From Lama guanicoe (Eukaryota), in contig MU053810.1 in the NCBI GenBank assembly GCA_013239625.1, positions 5,302,071 to 5,366,070 on the forward strand: a stretch of DNA of 64,000 nt, given 5' to 3'. The translations under genes were made by a program, and so were the position numbers. Below the pieces are notes generated by a model. It searched no databases. It was not told the DNA's origin and saw nothing but the letters and a program-made list of their open reading frames with translations. This document shows, one piece after another, positions 36,653-47,862 of this stretch. Within the stretch, counting starts at the first letter, position 1, and each line of letters starts with the position of its first letter.

Positions 36653-38559
36653 ATACCTCTTTAAATGGGCATGAACTGGAGCTGATCAGAGCACCAGAAA
36701 AACAAAGCAGAACTTTGAGGAATGATGTTTAAAGGTCCTGCACTCTGACGTCCTTGGTGCTGCTTGGCTCATAAAAGAAAACATCACAGCATGAGTAAGA
36801 TACCTTACTATCGATGAGGAAGATTACCCTTGGACTCTTTTGCATTAAATTGTACCAGAAATTCAACACAACTACAGATTTCTTGGCAATTTTATTTTAC
36901 AAAAGCCACCTACAATCACATGACCCTGACATTACAGCCATTATTTTTGGTTTTTCTGTTTCAGAGTTATCTCAGCTACCAGATTATCACAAAGTTGGAA
37001 GACTTTTTTTATGCCTTTTTTCATTACATTGTATCATGAACATGTTTCTGAGTTTCCATTCTCTATCACCATCATTTTAATGGTGGCTAATGGATCAGGG
37101 TGTGGCTATATTTGAATATTTGCAAAATATTCCATTAACTATCGTAAGAGCATCAGATTTCCTTTAAGTTTTTGCTGCTGTAAATAGTGCTACAGAAAAC
37201 ATCTTCATATGAATAAATATGGCTGTTGAAATTCCTAACTCTTGAGGTACTGCTGATCTTTGCTCCTAAGGGTAGCACACAGCTGAGCTGGCACATCCCC
37301 AGTGTTTATTTTCCAGGTAACTTCGGTGCTAACAAGATTAGAGGCTTTGGGGATCAGATAGCCACTTCCTACCTGTAGAAGTCTGGTAGTGTCTAGACCA
37401 TAAGTTTCCCCATCTGTAAAATAGTGCAACCACTAGGAGTAAATAAAATATGTAAACACAGGTAATGCAAAATTTGATAGAACTTAAAATATCACTGATG
37501 CTTAAAATATTAGCTCTGCCCTGCCTGCCTCCTGAGTACTCCAGACAGCTATTTTTGATGGCATTTCCTATGTCACTAATTGAAATTTGAGAAGAGATGA
37601 TAAATCTAAATTCTGTGTTTTGTTTTGCCGATATTACGTTGGTGTGTAATGTTAATCCAATCCAACATATATCTATTGAACTCCCATTTTGAAAGAAACC
37701 GTGCCTTTTCCTGTGTAATGTATAAAAAGCATGATCGTAGTTCTCAAGGAACTTGGCATCTCTGCGGGGAGATAAAACAAATGGGCGAATAGCTATCACC
37801 GTGCTGCCAGCAAGGTGTGTTGAGAGACAGAGGAGGGGCGTGGATTGCAATGGGCTCCAAAGTAGGAAGAGAGAACTTCCGACCAGACTCAGTTCTATCT
37901 CCGCCCCTTTAAATGAACCTGCTCACTGGCAGAAGCCCCCATTCTTTCGGCTCCTGTTACTTGCTTAGGAGAGCCTCTGGTTTCTTCACCTTGTTTAATG
38001 CTGTGCCTTCCTGTCTCTCCATTTAAACTTCTTGGCCATGTTTCTTTAAATCATTTTTCTCATGTCTGTGCCTGTGACATCGTGGCCCCTGACCACATAC
38101 ACTGTGTATTCAGTAGGGTTCATCCTACATTACTCTGTCCGGAGCTCTAGGAAACCCACCTGATCCGTTAGCCATGCCCCCAATTCATTAACCAGTTTCA
38201 GATTCATCCCTGTCCTCATGCTCAGGAAGGATGTTTTGGAAATGTAGAGATTTGATCTATTCATTTAAGAATGGATGGTTTTTCAAACTGTAGAAGGGAT
38301 TTCTAAGTGGTGGGAATGGAGCAAGCAAAGGTGCAAAGGCAGAAAAATTTCCCATGTTTGGGGAATACTGAGTAGCAGGGCTGGAACACGGGAGTACATA
38401 GAGGTGAGGCATCCGAAGAACTGTGGACAGATAAATTGAGGTGAAACTAAGGAGGCTTCAGAAATCTCAGTTAATAGTTTGAAACTTCATTTGACAGAGA
38501 GTGTGAAGCTACTGGAGATTTATAAAGAAATATGTTCAAACTTTCCTGACAAGGCTTTG

Positions 38560-38985
38560 CGGGGTGGGAAGGATTATAATCTCACGTCTGTGGGCCCCAT
38601 GCCTCTCTTGGGCCCCTCCATGGCCCACTGCTACCCCAGACATCATCACCTGAGGGCACTTGCTTCAGCCTCCGCTCTCGTTTTCCCCTTCTGGCCAGGA
38701 TGGGGTGGAAGACCCCTAGCAGATACTCCATCCTGCCAGCCCAGACTTACAACCTGTCCCCGGTGGGGAAAGCGGTGGGTGATAAATGCTGTTCTCTGGG
38801 ACACAAGCCTAGGTGTCCAGCACAAGACTGAGCCCAGGATGTACTATGGAAGTACTGCCCTTACTTTCTGTTTCGATCTCTGTGTTATCCCCCTTCCTAC
38901 TTCCTGGGATCCCTTCCCCAAATAAACACCTTTGAGAAATGCCTGTCTCAATGTCTGTTTTTCCTCGGAAAGCTGGGCAAAGACC
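38560..38985 (+). mobile_element. ERVL-type solo LTR remnant (LTR33/LTR16-like)
   Basis: cttccccaaataaacacc...tgtctcaatgtctgttttt..ggaaagctgggcaaagac terminal motif. Confidence 0.55.
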
Positions 38986-39139
38986 CATGGGACTTATGTC
39001 TCTACCCTGGAGCCAGGATGCGAAAAAGATTTCCAAGTACATTTCGAATTCATTAGCCTGTTAAACGATGTAGGGTATTTGGTTTTATGTTTTTGTTTTT
39101 GTTTCCCCAGATTCTTTTGTTGTTGTTGTTGTTGTAAAA

Positions 39140-40235
39140 TGTGTTTGACGTAATTCTAAGTGTCATTTTAACTATTTCTAAGTGTCCAATTCAGTGGCGT
39201 TAGTTACACTCACAGTATGGTGCTAGCATCATCACTCACACTTCAAACTTCTTTTATCACCCTGGCGGGAACTCTGTAACCATTAAACAGTAACTCCCCA
39301 TGCTCCCCAGCCTGGGTAACTTCTGATTTCCTTTCTGTCTCTGAATTCATCTATTCTAGAGATTTCGCATAAGTGTAATTATATGATATGTATCCTTTGA
39401 TGCCTGGCTTATTTCACTCAGCATAACATTTTCAATATTCATCAGAACTTCACCCCTTTTATGACTGAATAATATTCCATTGTTTGGATAGACCATATTT
39501 TATTTTTCCATTCCTCCATTGATGGACACTTAGTTTACTTCCACATTTTTGCTACTGTGAATAATGCTGCAATAAATATTGTACAAATCCCTACATGCAA
39601 ATGTTTTGGGTATATATCCAAAAGGGAAATTGCAAAGTCATGTGGTGACACTATGGTTAACTTTCTGAGGAATCAGTAAACTGTTTCCCATAATAGTTGC
39701 ACCATGTTAGATTCCCATCAGCAATGTAGGAGTGTTCCAATTTCTCTATATCCTTTCCAACATATTATTCTCCATTTATCATCATCATCATCATCATTAT
39801 TATTTTCACCCTAGTGGGGGTAAAGTGATACCTCATTGTGGTTTTGATTTGCATCATCTAATGATTAAGGATGCTAAGCATCCTTTCATGAGCTTATTGG
39901 TCATTTGTATATCTTCTTTGTAGAAATATCTAGTCAAGTCCTTTGCTTTTTAAAAATTGCATTGTTTGTGTTTTGGTTGTTGAGATTTAGGATGTCTTTG
40001 TACATTCTGTAAATACAATCAGGTGTACATCAGATATACAATTTGCAAATATTTTCTCCCATTCTGTCAGTGGTCTTTTCACTTTCTTGAGAATGTCCTT
40101 TGACGCACAGAAGGTTTTAAGTTTGCTGAAGTTCAGTTTATCTATTTTATCTTTAGTTGCTTGTATTTTTGGTGTTATATCTAAGAATCCATTGCCAAAT
40201 CCAAGATTATGACAATTTACCCCTGTGTTTTCTTG
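39140..40235 (-). mobile_element. Old L1 (L1MB-like)
   Basis: Antisense L1 3'UTR and ORF2 C-terminal sequence. Confidence 0.85.
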
Positions 40236-40254
40236 AACTTGTGTTTTGAAGACT

Positions 40255-40440
40255 TATGTCTCAGATGCTTCCCATACATATACAGTCTTATTTAATCCTT
40301 GCAGGCAGCAAACCCATGTGGTATTATTGTCCCCTTTTGACTGATGAGGACATTTAAGCTCAAAAGAGTAATTTGCCCAAGATTCTGCAACTCGTAAAAT
40401 GATAGAGCAGGGATTTGAACCAGTGCTTCCAAGTTCCTGA
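40255..40440 (-). mobile_element. MIR SINE
   Basis: atttaatcctt...tattattgtccccttttgactgatgagga...gggatttgaacc. Confidence 0.75.
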
Positions 40441-41269
40441 TAGATGCAAATTTGGTGAGAAGGGTTCAGGAATGAGAGATCACAATTTACAAGAATTTTC
40501 AAGAATTTCCCCAAATTGTAAGTTATTTTAAACTACTTCCAACATTTTTTATATACTTTACTCATTAGTATGACTACCTAAAACTTTTTGTTTAACAAAT
40601 ATGAAATTAAATTTAGTGGTATTTATAAAGTATAGTGAATGTTCAAACATTGGGAAATGCCAGCAAACAGTATTGGCCTGTATTCAAATAATGTAATATT
40701 TGGATTTCCTAGCAAGACTAACAGAAGGGCAAAGAATCTTGTGTAGAAACTGCCAATTTAAGGATTTATTTGCCTCTAAAACTTGTTATTTCTTAAATCA
40801 TTATTCATAGGATTTAAGTAAAACATGCAATGTGTATAAACTTATTAATATTTATTTTATGTGCCAGAATGACTCATTGTTAGGAGCGGAGAGGGCCAGT
40901 AGCACACACTCATAACATGCCAACAACTATAAACAACACTGATTAGATGATAAATTCTCCTCTCTAATGTTGATGGTTAAGCTTTAATTCTCACTAGAGA
41001 ATTATAGTACTTTCCCCTTTTCCCCAATTTCTCAACTGATTTTTCTCAGGATGTAAAAAAACATAAATTTTCTGAGGAATGCTAAGAATTCTTGCATGGA
41101 AACACTCATTAGAATCAGATCTGGGTTTTTCCCCTTAAAACCCAGGTTCTTCCCACTGCTATATCTGACACCCTCGCAAGAGAGGTTAAGAAGGAAGAGG
41201 AAAAGGAAAAGGCCATTGGGTTTTATCATTAGGAGTTCTTTGGTATAACATTTTGAGAATGATTTTTGG

Positions 41270-41720
41270 TGTATTAGTTACCTAGTGCTGCTATAACAAA
41301 TTACCACAAATGCTTTGGCTTACATTAACACAAATTTATTATCTTGCTGTTCTGGAGGTCAGAACTCCAAAATCAGTGTCACTGGGCCAAAATCAAGGCA
41401 CCGGCAGGGCTGGCTCCTTCTGGAGACCCTGATTTTTTTTGTGTTTTTCAGTGTTTGCCTGTTACTCCTTGGCTTGTGGCCCCTTCCTGATCTTCAAAGA
41501 GCGTCACTTCAATCTCTGCTTCCATCATCACATCCCCTTCTCCTCTGACTCCAACTTCTCCTACATCCCTCTGTTAAGGACCTTTGTGATTACATTGGCC
41601 CCAGTGGATAATCTTCAACTAAAAATCTTAAGGTTAATCACATTTGCAAAGTTCCTTTTGGCCCATAAGGTAACATTCATAGGTCCCAAAGATTAGGATG
41701 AGGACCTAATTCAGGAATCA
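41270..41720 (-). mobile_element. MLT1-family MaLR solo LTR
   Basis: tgtattagttacctagtgctgctataacaaattaccacaaa...taatcacatttgcaaagttccttttggcccataaggtaacattcatagg. Confidence 0.85.
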
Positions 41721-42459
41721 TTAGTTCATTTTCTGCTTTGGGCATTGTGGTCTGCTCTTCAAGTAAGAGTAAAAGGCAGATAGAAGTGGCCAGGACCTGA
41801 CAATAGGTGAGCCATCTGAAACAGGGTCCTAAAGAATGTGCCCAGTTACCAGTTAGCTTCATCTCAGTAGGCAAAACTCAAGGTCAAGGAACTCAGCAGG
41901 CTCCTACCCGGATCAAAGTCAGGAGCTGGTGAGAGGGAGAGGTAATTACAAGGGACTCAACTTGGGAGAGAAGGAAGTGCGGATCCAGATGGCTGATGCT
42001 CTGAAGTTTACAGAGACAGCCGTCATGGGGAGTTTGCAACAGCACAAGAGCTCCTACCTAGGCTCTGATTTTAAAGGAGGTCTGGTGTCTTAGAAGGAAA
42101 ACAAGTGAGAATCAAGTGAGGCTTCAGGGCTCTCAGGATAATCAGAGGAACCAGCCTGTTCTGCCATTAGAATTTCAGAATGTGGAAAAATGCAGAAAGA
42201 TAGCTTTCATGATTTGTGTGCTTTAGGAGACTAAGGTTTAGAAACCGTGTTACCTGAACCTGGCGTGATCAGTGCCATGCAGGGTTCAGGTGAGCTGTGA
42301 CTCAGAAAGAATGTGAGGTTCTCTATGACTAGAATTAGGAATGAGCTCAGGCAAGTCAGATTTACAGAAGCTTTAGTTATTCTTAAAGCTACTGAGCACG
42401 TGCACCTTGTATGTATCACGTGTGTGCACATGGGTGCACGTACACTTTAGAAAGAGTCC

Positions 42460-43380
42460 ATTTTACTTATCCACTGTCCCAGTCAGATACAGCAAGATTG
42501 CCTATCGCTTCCTGATACTAAAACCAACATTGCAATAATTATGCTCCAAATACTTTTCCTTATGGACCCATGTGAGGATTTCTTTGAATATCTATCGGAA
42601 TGGAATTCCTAGGTCAGGGTGTGTAAGTGCCCAGCCACTCACCCGAGTGATGACATCAGTCTGTCTTTTTTTCCAACAGTCCATGAGGATTCAGGTATCC
42701 CTGTTAACATTGGTCATTTTCTAACTTTCTAACTTTAGCCAATCAATTTATTAGGCAATGTCTATTTGTCATTTTAATTTGTACTTTTCTGACTGCTGTT
42801 GAGTTTCAACATTGTTTCACCTGCTTATAGTCACGTGACTTTCCTCTGAAATAAATTGCCTCTTTGTATCCTTTGTTGACTTTTAGAGCTGTTATCTTTT
42901 TCTTGGTTCATATGAAAGTGCCTCTTGTATTCTTGAATATTAATCCTTTGTTGGTGTGAGGCATTATAGATAACGTTTCCGTTCTGTCAGCTATGAATTT
43001 TGTCTGTGACATTCTTTGCTGAACAGAAATCCTTACTTCTGATGTAATCAGACTGGTCACGTTTTAGCTTTATTATTCTGAGGTTTTGTTTAAGAATTTT
43101 TCCCCCTTGCAAGTCACAAGAATATTCCTCTACATTTTCTAATAATTTTAGGTCTTTAATCCATGTGGAGTCCACCTATCTGGAGCTAGACAGTCATTCA
43201 GGTTTATTTTTCTTCCTAATAGTAGCTACGAGATAATGTATTCATTCCCTGTTGATTAGTGATGCCCTTTCACTATACGCTGAGTTCCCCTCCGACCTCT
43301 TTTTTCTGTTCTGTTGGTCTACTTTGTTGCCATACTGTTTTTATTACTGTGACTAATAGTAAGTCTTAATAATCGGTACC
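42460..43380 (-). mobile_element. Very old L1 (L1ME-like)
   Basis: Degenerate antisense ORF2; ORF 42987-43175 MDSTWIKDLK. Confidence 0.65.
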
Positions 43381-43439
43381 TGTCCCCCTTACAGATTTTC
43401 TTTAAAAAATAACAGCTCTTGAGAAACATTCTTATTTCT

Positions 43440-44370
43440 TAAAATTAAGATATAGTTCACATACCATTAAACAAACTCTTTTAAAGTGTATAATTCAGTA
43501 ATTTTTAGTATATTTGAAATCATCACCACTCTCTAATCAGAAACTTTTCATCACCCCAAAAGAGACTTTGCACTTATTAGCAGTGACTCCCCATTCCCCG
43601 CCCTCCCCCAAACCCCTGGTAGCTGCCAATCTACATTCTGCCTCTGTGGGTTTACCTATTCTGAACATTTCACTTGAATAGAACCGCACAATGTGTGATC
43701 TTTTGTGGCTGGCGTCTCTCACTTAGCATAACGTTCTCAGGGCTCATCCACATTGTAGTAGGTATAGTAGTACAAAATATTTTTATTGCCCAATAATATT
43801 CCACTGTGTGGATGTACTACAGTTTGTTTACCATTCATCAGTTGATGGATATTTGAGTTGTTTTCACTTTTTACTGGCTTTGAATGATGCTGCTATGAAC
43901 ATTCTTGTACATGTTTTTATGTGAACATAGTTTTCAAAGCTCTTGGGTATATACCTGAGTCAGATTGCTGGGTGATACGGTAGCTCTGTCCTTAACTGTT
44001 TGAGAAACTCCCGAGTTGTTTTCCAAAATGGCTGCACAATTTTATATTCCCACCAGCAACGTATGATGGTTCCAATTTCTCCTCCTCCCTGCGTATTATC
44101 AGTCTTTCTGATTATGGCCATTCTAGTGATAAGAGAGGTTACCTCACTGTGGTTTTGAATTCCATTTCCCTAATGACTAATAATGCGGAGCATCCCTCCG
44201 GATGCTTCTTGGTCATTTGTCTATCTTCTCTGCGAAAAGATGGTCCACTTTTCAATTTTGTTACTTGTTTCTTTTTTGTTGCTGTTGTTGGTTGTAAGTG
44301 TTCTTTACATATTCTGAGTACTAGATCCTTATCAGATATATGGTTTGTGAATATTTTCTCCCATTCTAAC
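43440..44370 (-). mobile_element. Old L1 (L1MB-like)
   Basis: Typical L1MB 3'UTR (ttttcatcaccccaaaagagactttgcac...) and ORF2 end. Confidence 0.85.
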
Positions 44371-44409
44371 CCATTTTTGATGGGTCTTTTGAAGTGTTTC
44401 TTATGTCAG

Positions 44410-45830
44410 TTAGTGGCTACTCTATTTTTCCATCGTTCAGTCCAAAAAGCTTGGAGTTATTCTTGCCTTCTCTTTCTTAATCTACATCTCTTTGTCTCTT
44501 ACGTACATTTTTTTTAACTTGGACTGGTTTTGCATCTTTATTGGCACTGTTTGTCTTTGTACTTAATTTGTACATTTGAGGAGTTCATCAAGCTACATAA
44601 ACAATCTCTTTGTGTGTCTCCTTGATGCCGGGGCAAAGGTTCGGGTAAGCAATGGTGAACCAAATATGGTTCAGCCCAAACTGTAAAGTCTAGGTTTCTG
44701 TGTGGTGGCTCCTGCCACTTCCGCACTTCAGTGTTTAAAGCTTTCTCTTGCACACAGTGTAAATAAACTCCTCCTGGCTTCGCCTTCAGAGTGTAGACAA
44801 GCTCTGACTCCGTTGCACCTCATCTGCTGTTTCCTCTGTTACCACCGTCACTGTGTGGATGTATCATGGTTTGTTTCTAATTCATCAGTTGATGGATGTT
44901 TGAGTTACTTCTTACTGTCCTAAATGATGCTGCTGTGAACATTCATGTAGGTGTTTTTATGTGAACATATTTTGCAGTTGTTTTGGGTATATACCCAAGA
45001 GTCAAATTGTTGGGTCATACGGTAAGTCTCTACTTAACTTTTGGAGAAACTCCCAAGCTGTGTTCCAAAGTGGCTGCACAAGTTTGCATTCCCACCAAGA
45101 GCACTATGATCTTGTACCTGGATTATTGCAGGCTCCTAGCTCTTTCCCCTGCTTCTACACCTGTCTTCAAACTGTCTCTTCTCAATACAATACCAGAAAG
45201 AGTCATCGGTTTTTGATTTCCGTTTCCCTGATGGCTAACGATGTTGAGCATCTTTCTATGTGTTTGTGGACCATCTGTATATCTTCTTAAGAGAAATGTC
45301 TATTCAAATCCTTTGTCCATTTTTTCTTTATTACATTGCTGTTACTGAGTTACAGCAGATTATATCACTCCTCTGATCATTTCCTCTCCTAATCACTCAG
45401 AGTAAAGCCAAACTCCTCTCAGTGGCTTAGAAAACAAGACTGCTCACTCTGTGAACACTTTCCTTCCACTCACCCCTCACTCAACCCTGCTCTAGCTACT
45501 GGCTTCTTCTGGACTCCTACCTCTGGGCCTTTGCACCTGCTGTTACCCCTGCCTTGATGCATTTCCACAGATGACCATGAGACTCTTAATTTTTCAGGGG
45601 TTTATTTAGATATTATCTTTCCACAAAGACTTGCCTGTTCACCTTATTTAAAAAGTCACACCTCACTTCTATTACCACCACCACAGCCCTCCCTTTCCTG
45701 GTTCCTTGGTTTATTTTGCTCCAGGACCCTTGTCACCGTCTAAGTGCTATATGTCGTGATCAATTTTGTTTTTGTCAGTCTCTCTCCACTGTCACTTTAG
45801 AAAGTAAGTTCCATGGGGGTAGGGATTTCA
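44410..45830 (+). mobile_element. L2 3' region interrupted by a polyadenylated insert and two L1 pieces
   Basis: Collinear L2-like segments at ~44410-44495, ~44757-44850, ~45100-45200 and ~45350-45830. Confidence 0.7.
44508..44743 (-). pseudogene. Putative short retrocopy (3' end of an unidentified mRNA)
   Basis: T8 at 44508-44515 and AATAAA (minus strand) at 44537-44542. Degenerate TSD tctcttacgtaca (44495-44507) / tctcttgcacaca (44744-44756). The host L2 resumes after the insert. Confidence 0.55.
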
Positions 45831-47209
45831 AAAGACATTAGAATGCCCAAGAACTTCCAGGACCCTTGGCACTTTTCTGTGTGGAAATCAGTACGGCAGC
45901 AAGTCATAGATTTGTCTTTACTGCTTCACACAAATTTCAGTGCAGTCCTTCCTCCTCCTCCACGCAGGGCCACTTCTCTCCCAGTCTATGGTTTCCACAA
46001 GGGCAAGTGGTGAGTTCATTGTTTTTGTTTTGTTGGCTTTTTAAACTCACAAAGAGAATATGTATTTAAATAAGAAAAGGTATCACTGGATTTTTAAGGA
46101 TCAATTCCTTATCTCTTTCTTTAAAGAAATTTCTGGCTGCAATCTGGCTTCCTCTTCCCACCCAGAACATTCAGCTGTTCCTAGCAACTGCTGACACTCA
46201 TTGGAACCCAGAGGGGTGAGGGACCCAGGAGCACTGGCTTCATTAACTTCGGGTTAAATCGGACTCTGCTGCTCAGCCATCCTGCTCCCTTTACTGAGGA
46301 CACTCCCATGTTCTCATTCTTGGTCATTAGTGCCTTTTTTATTTGTGAGCATAACACACACAGGAAACACACAAATCCTAAGTGTACAGCTCAATGAATG
46401 TTCACAAGGTCAACATACCTGCCCAGCCAGCTTTCCCATCAAAAATCCAAATGCTACCCAGAAGATCCCAGCTGGATTGGTTGCCCTTTTAGCTCACAGA
46501 GGAGGTCAAGGCAAAAGAGCCAACAAATGGGCCACAGCATGATACATTTTCACCTTAATAACAGGACTGGACCTTTTCAGAAAAGAAGCATCCGCTGAAA
46601 AATGTGCCTGATATTCTTTAATTTTCATAATGAACACATCTAATCTCTGTGCATATATCTGATGCGCAGTTCATAGTAGCATTTTAGCTTTTCTCTCTTC
46701 CTTAAATATAAACTTAACTTTTTTTTTTGAGTGGGAGCTAATTTTGAATATGTGTAGCCAGTTTGTCTTTTGATACTGTAAGTGGATGGCCCCCAGGAGG
46801 AGAAGAGCAGCAAGGCGCCATCTGAACTTACTCTAAGATAACGATGCTCTCAAAATCTTGTCACCCTTTCTTCTCAAACAGCCTTTGTCTGGAATCCGGG
46901 CTCTCCCTTCAGGAAACAAAGCAGACAATAATCTATGCCCCAGAAGTGCTGAGAAAGCCCCAAGCTCAAAATATCCCTTCTGAGTTTGCTAGTTGCTCTG
47001 CCAGTTTCTCAAGCCTGACCTTTGTTCCTGGTGGCAAAGGCAAGTACCTCTAGAAAAGGTATCATTCGAGGCATGAGACTTTAAAAGTTCAACAACCTTC
47101 ACATCCCTTCCTGGTCTAATGCTTTTGGGGGGTGGGGTAGAGAGAATAAAACTCAGAGGGAGAAAAGGAGTAATCAGGGAAAGTGACCTTTGTGAGCAAG
47201 GGTCCGATT

Positions 47210-47430
47210 TCATGGTGAAGAGATCAGGCATGGGTGGCAGACAAGGCTTCAAACCCTAGCCCTTCCCCTTTATAACTCATGTGAGCTACGGGTTACTGCA
47301 TTCAACTTCCCTAAGCATTGGGTTCATTATCTACACCATAGAAGAATGACTGTACTAGTATAAGGAGACTCCATCAAATGGGAATAATCCTAGTCATAGT
47401 GTGGTGAGGATCAAATGAAATAATACATTT
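47210..47430 (+). mobile_element. MIR (duplicated at ~49455-49675)
   Basis: ggcttcaaaccctagc...gtggtgaggatcaaatgaaataatacat. Confidence 0.65.
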
Positions 47431-47862
47431 GTGGTAGGCAGAAAAATATCCCCCCAAAGATCCCCACATCCTAATCCCAGAAATGTGTGAATGCGTCACT
47501 TTGTGTGACAAAAGGGAACTTGTGATTTATTAGGGTTAAGGGCCTTGAGATGGGGAGAGGCAAAGGGGAATCAAGATGGCAGATGGCATTGAGGTTGCCA
47601 ATCAGGTGACCTCAAATAAAGATTATCCTGGATTATCTGTGTAGGTTCAATATAACCAGAAGGGTCCTTAAAAGTTGAAGAGGAAGGCAGAAGAAAAGGT
47701 CAGAGTGATGTGAGGTGTTGGGAAAACTTGACCTACCACTCCTCTCTTTTAAATGAAGGAAGGGGCAATGAGTCAAGGAAAACTGGCCACCTGGAGAAGC
47801 TGGAAAAGGCAGGGAAATGGGTTCACCCCTAGAACTTCCAGAAAGGGGACACAGCCCTGCTG
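47430..47862 (+). mobile_element. MLT1-family MaLR LTR (duplicated at ~49675-50107), followed by a MER3-like end
   Basis: tgtggtaggcagaaaaatatccccccaaagat...gattatcctggattatct...gaagctggaaaaggcagggaa; then tagaacatttccatcatcacagaacgttctattgg (MER3-like). Confidence 0.8.

Noticed and set aside
37338..37850. 170-aa minus-strand ORF (and the 127-aa ORF at 13188-13571)
   Set aside because: No recognisable domain or exon structure; lengths are compatible with chance in 64 kb.
46826..46930. Minus-strand exon-like segment (ttgtttcctgaag|...ttaga|gtaagt) and a signal-peptide-like LAALLLLGA nearby
   Set aside because: All three frames contain stops and there is no start codon; no other support.
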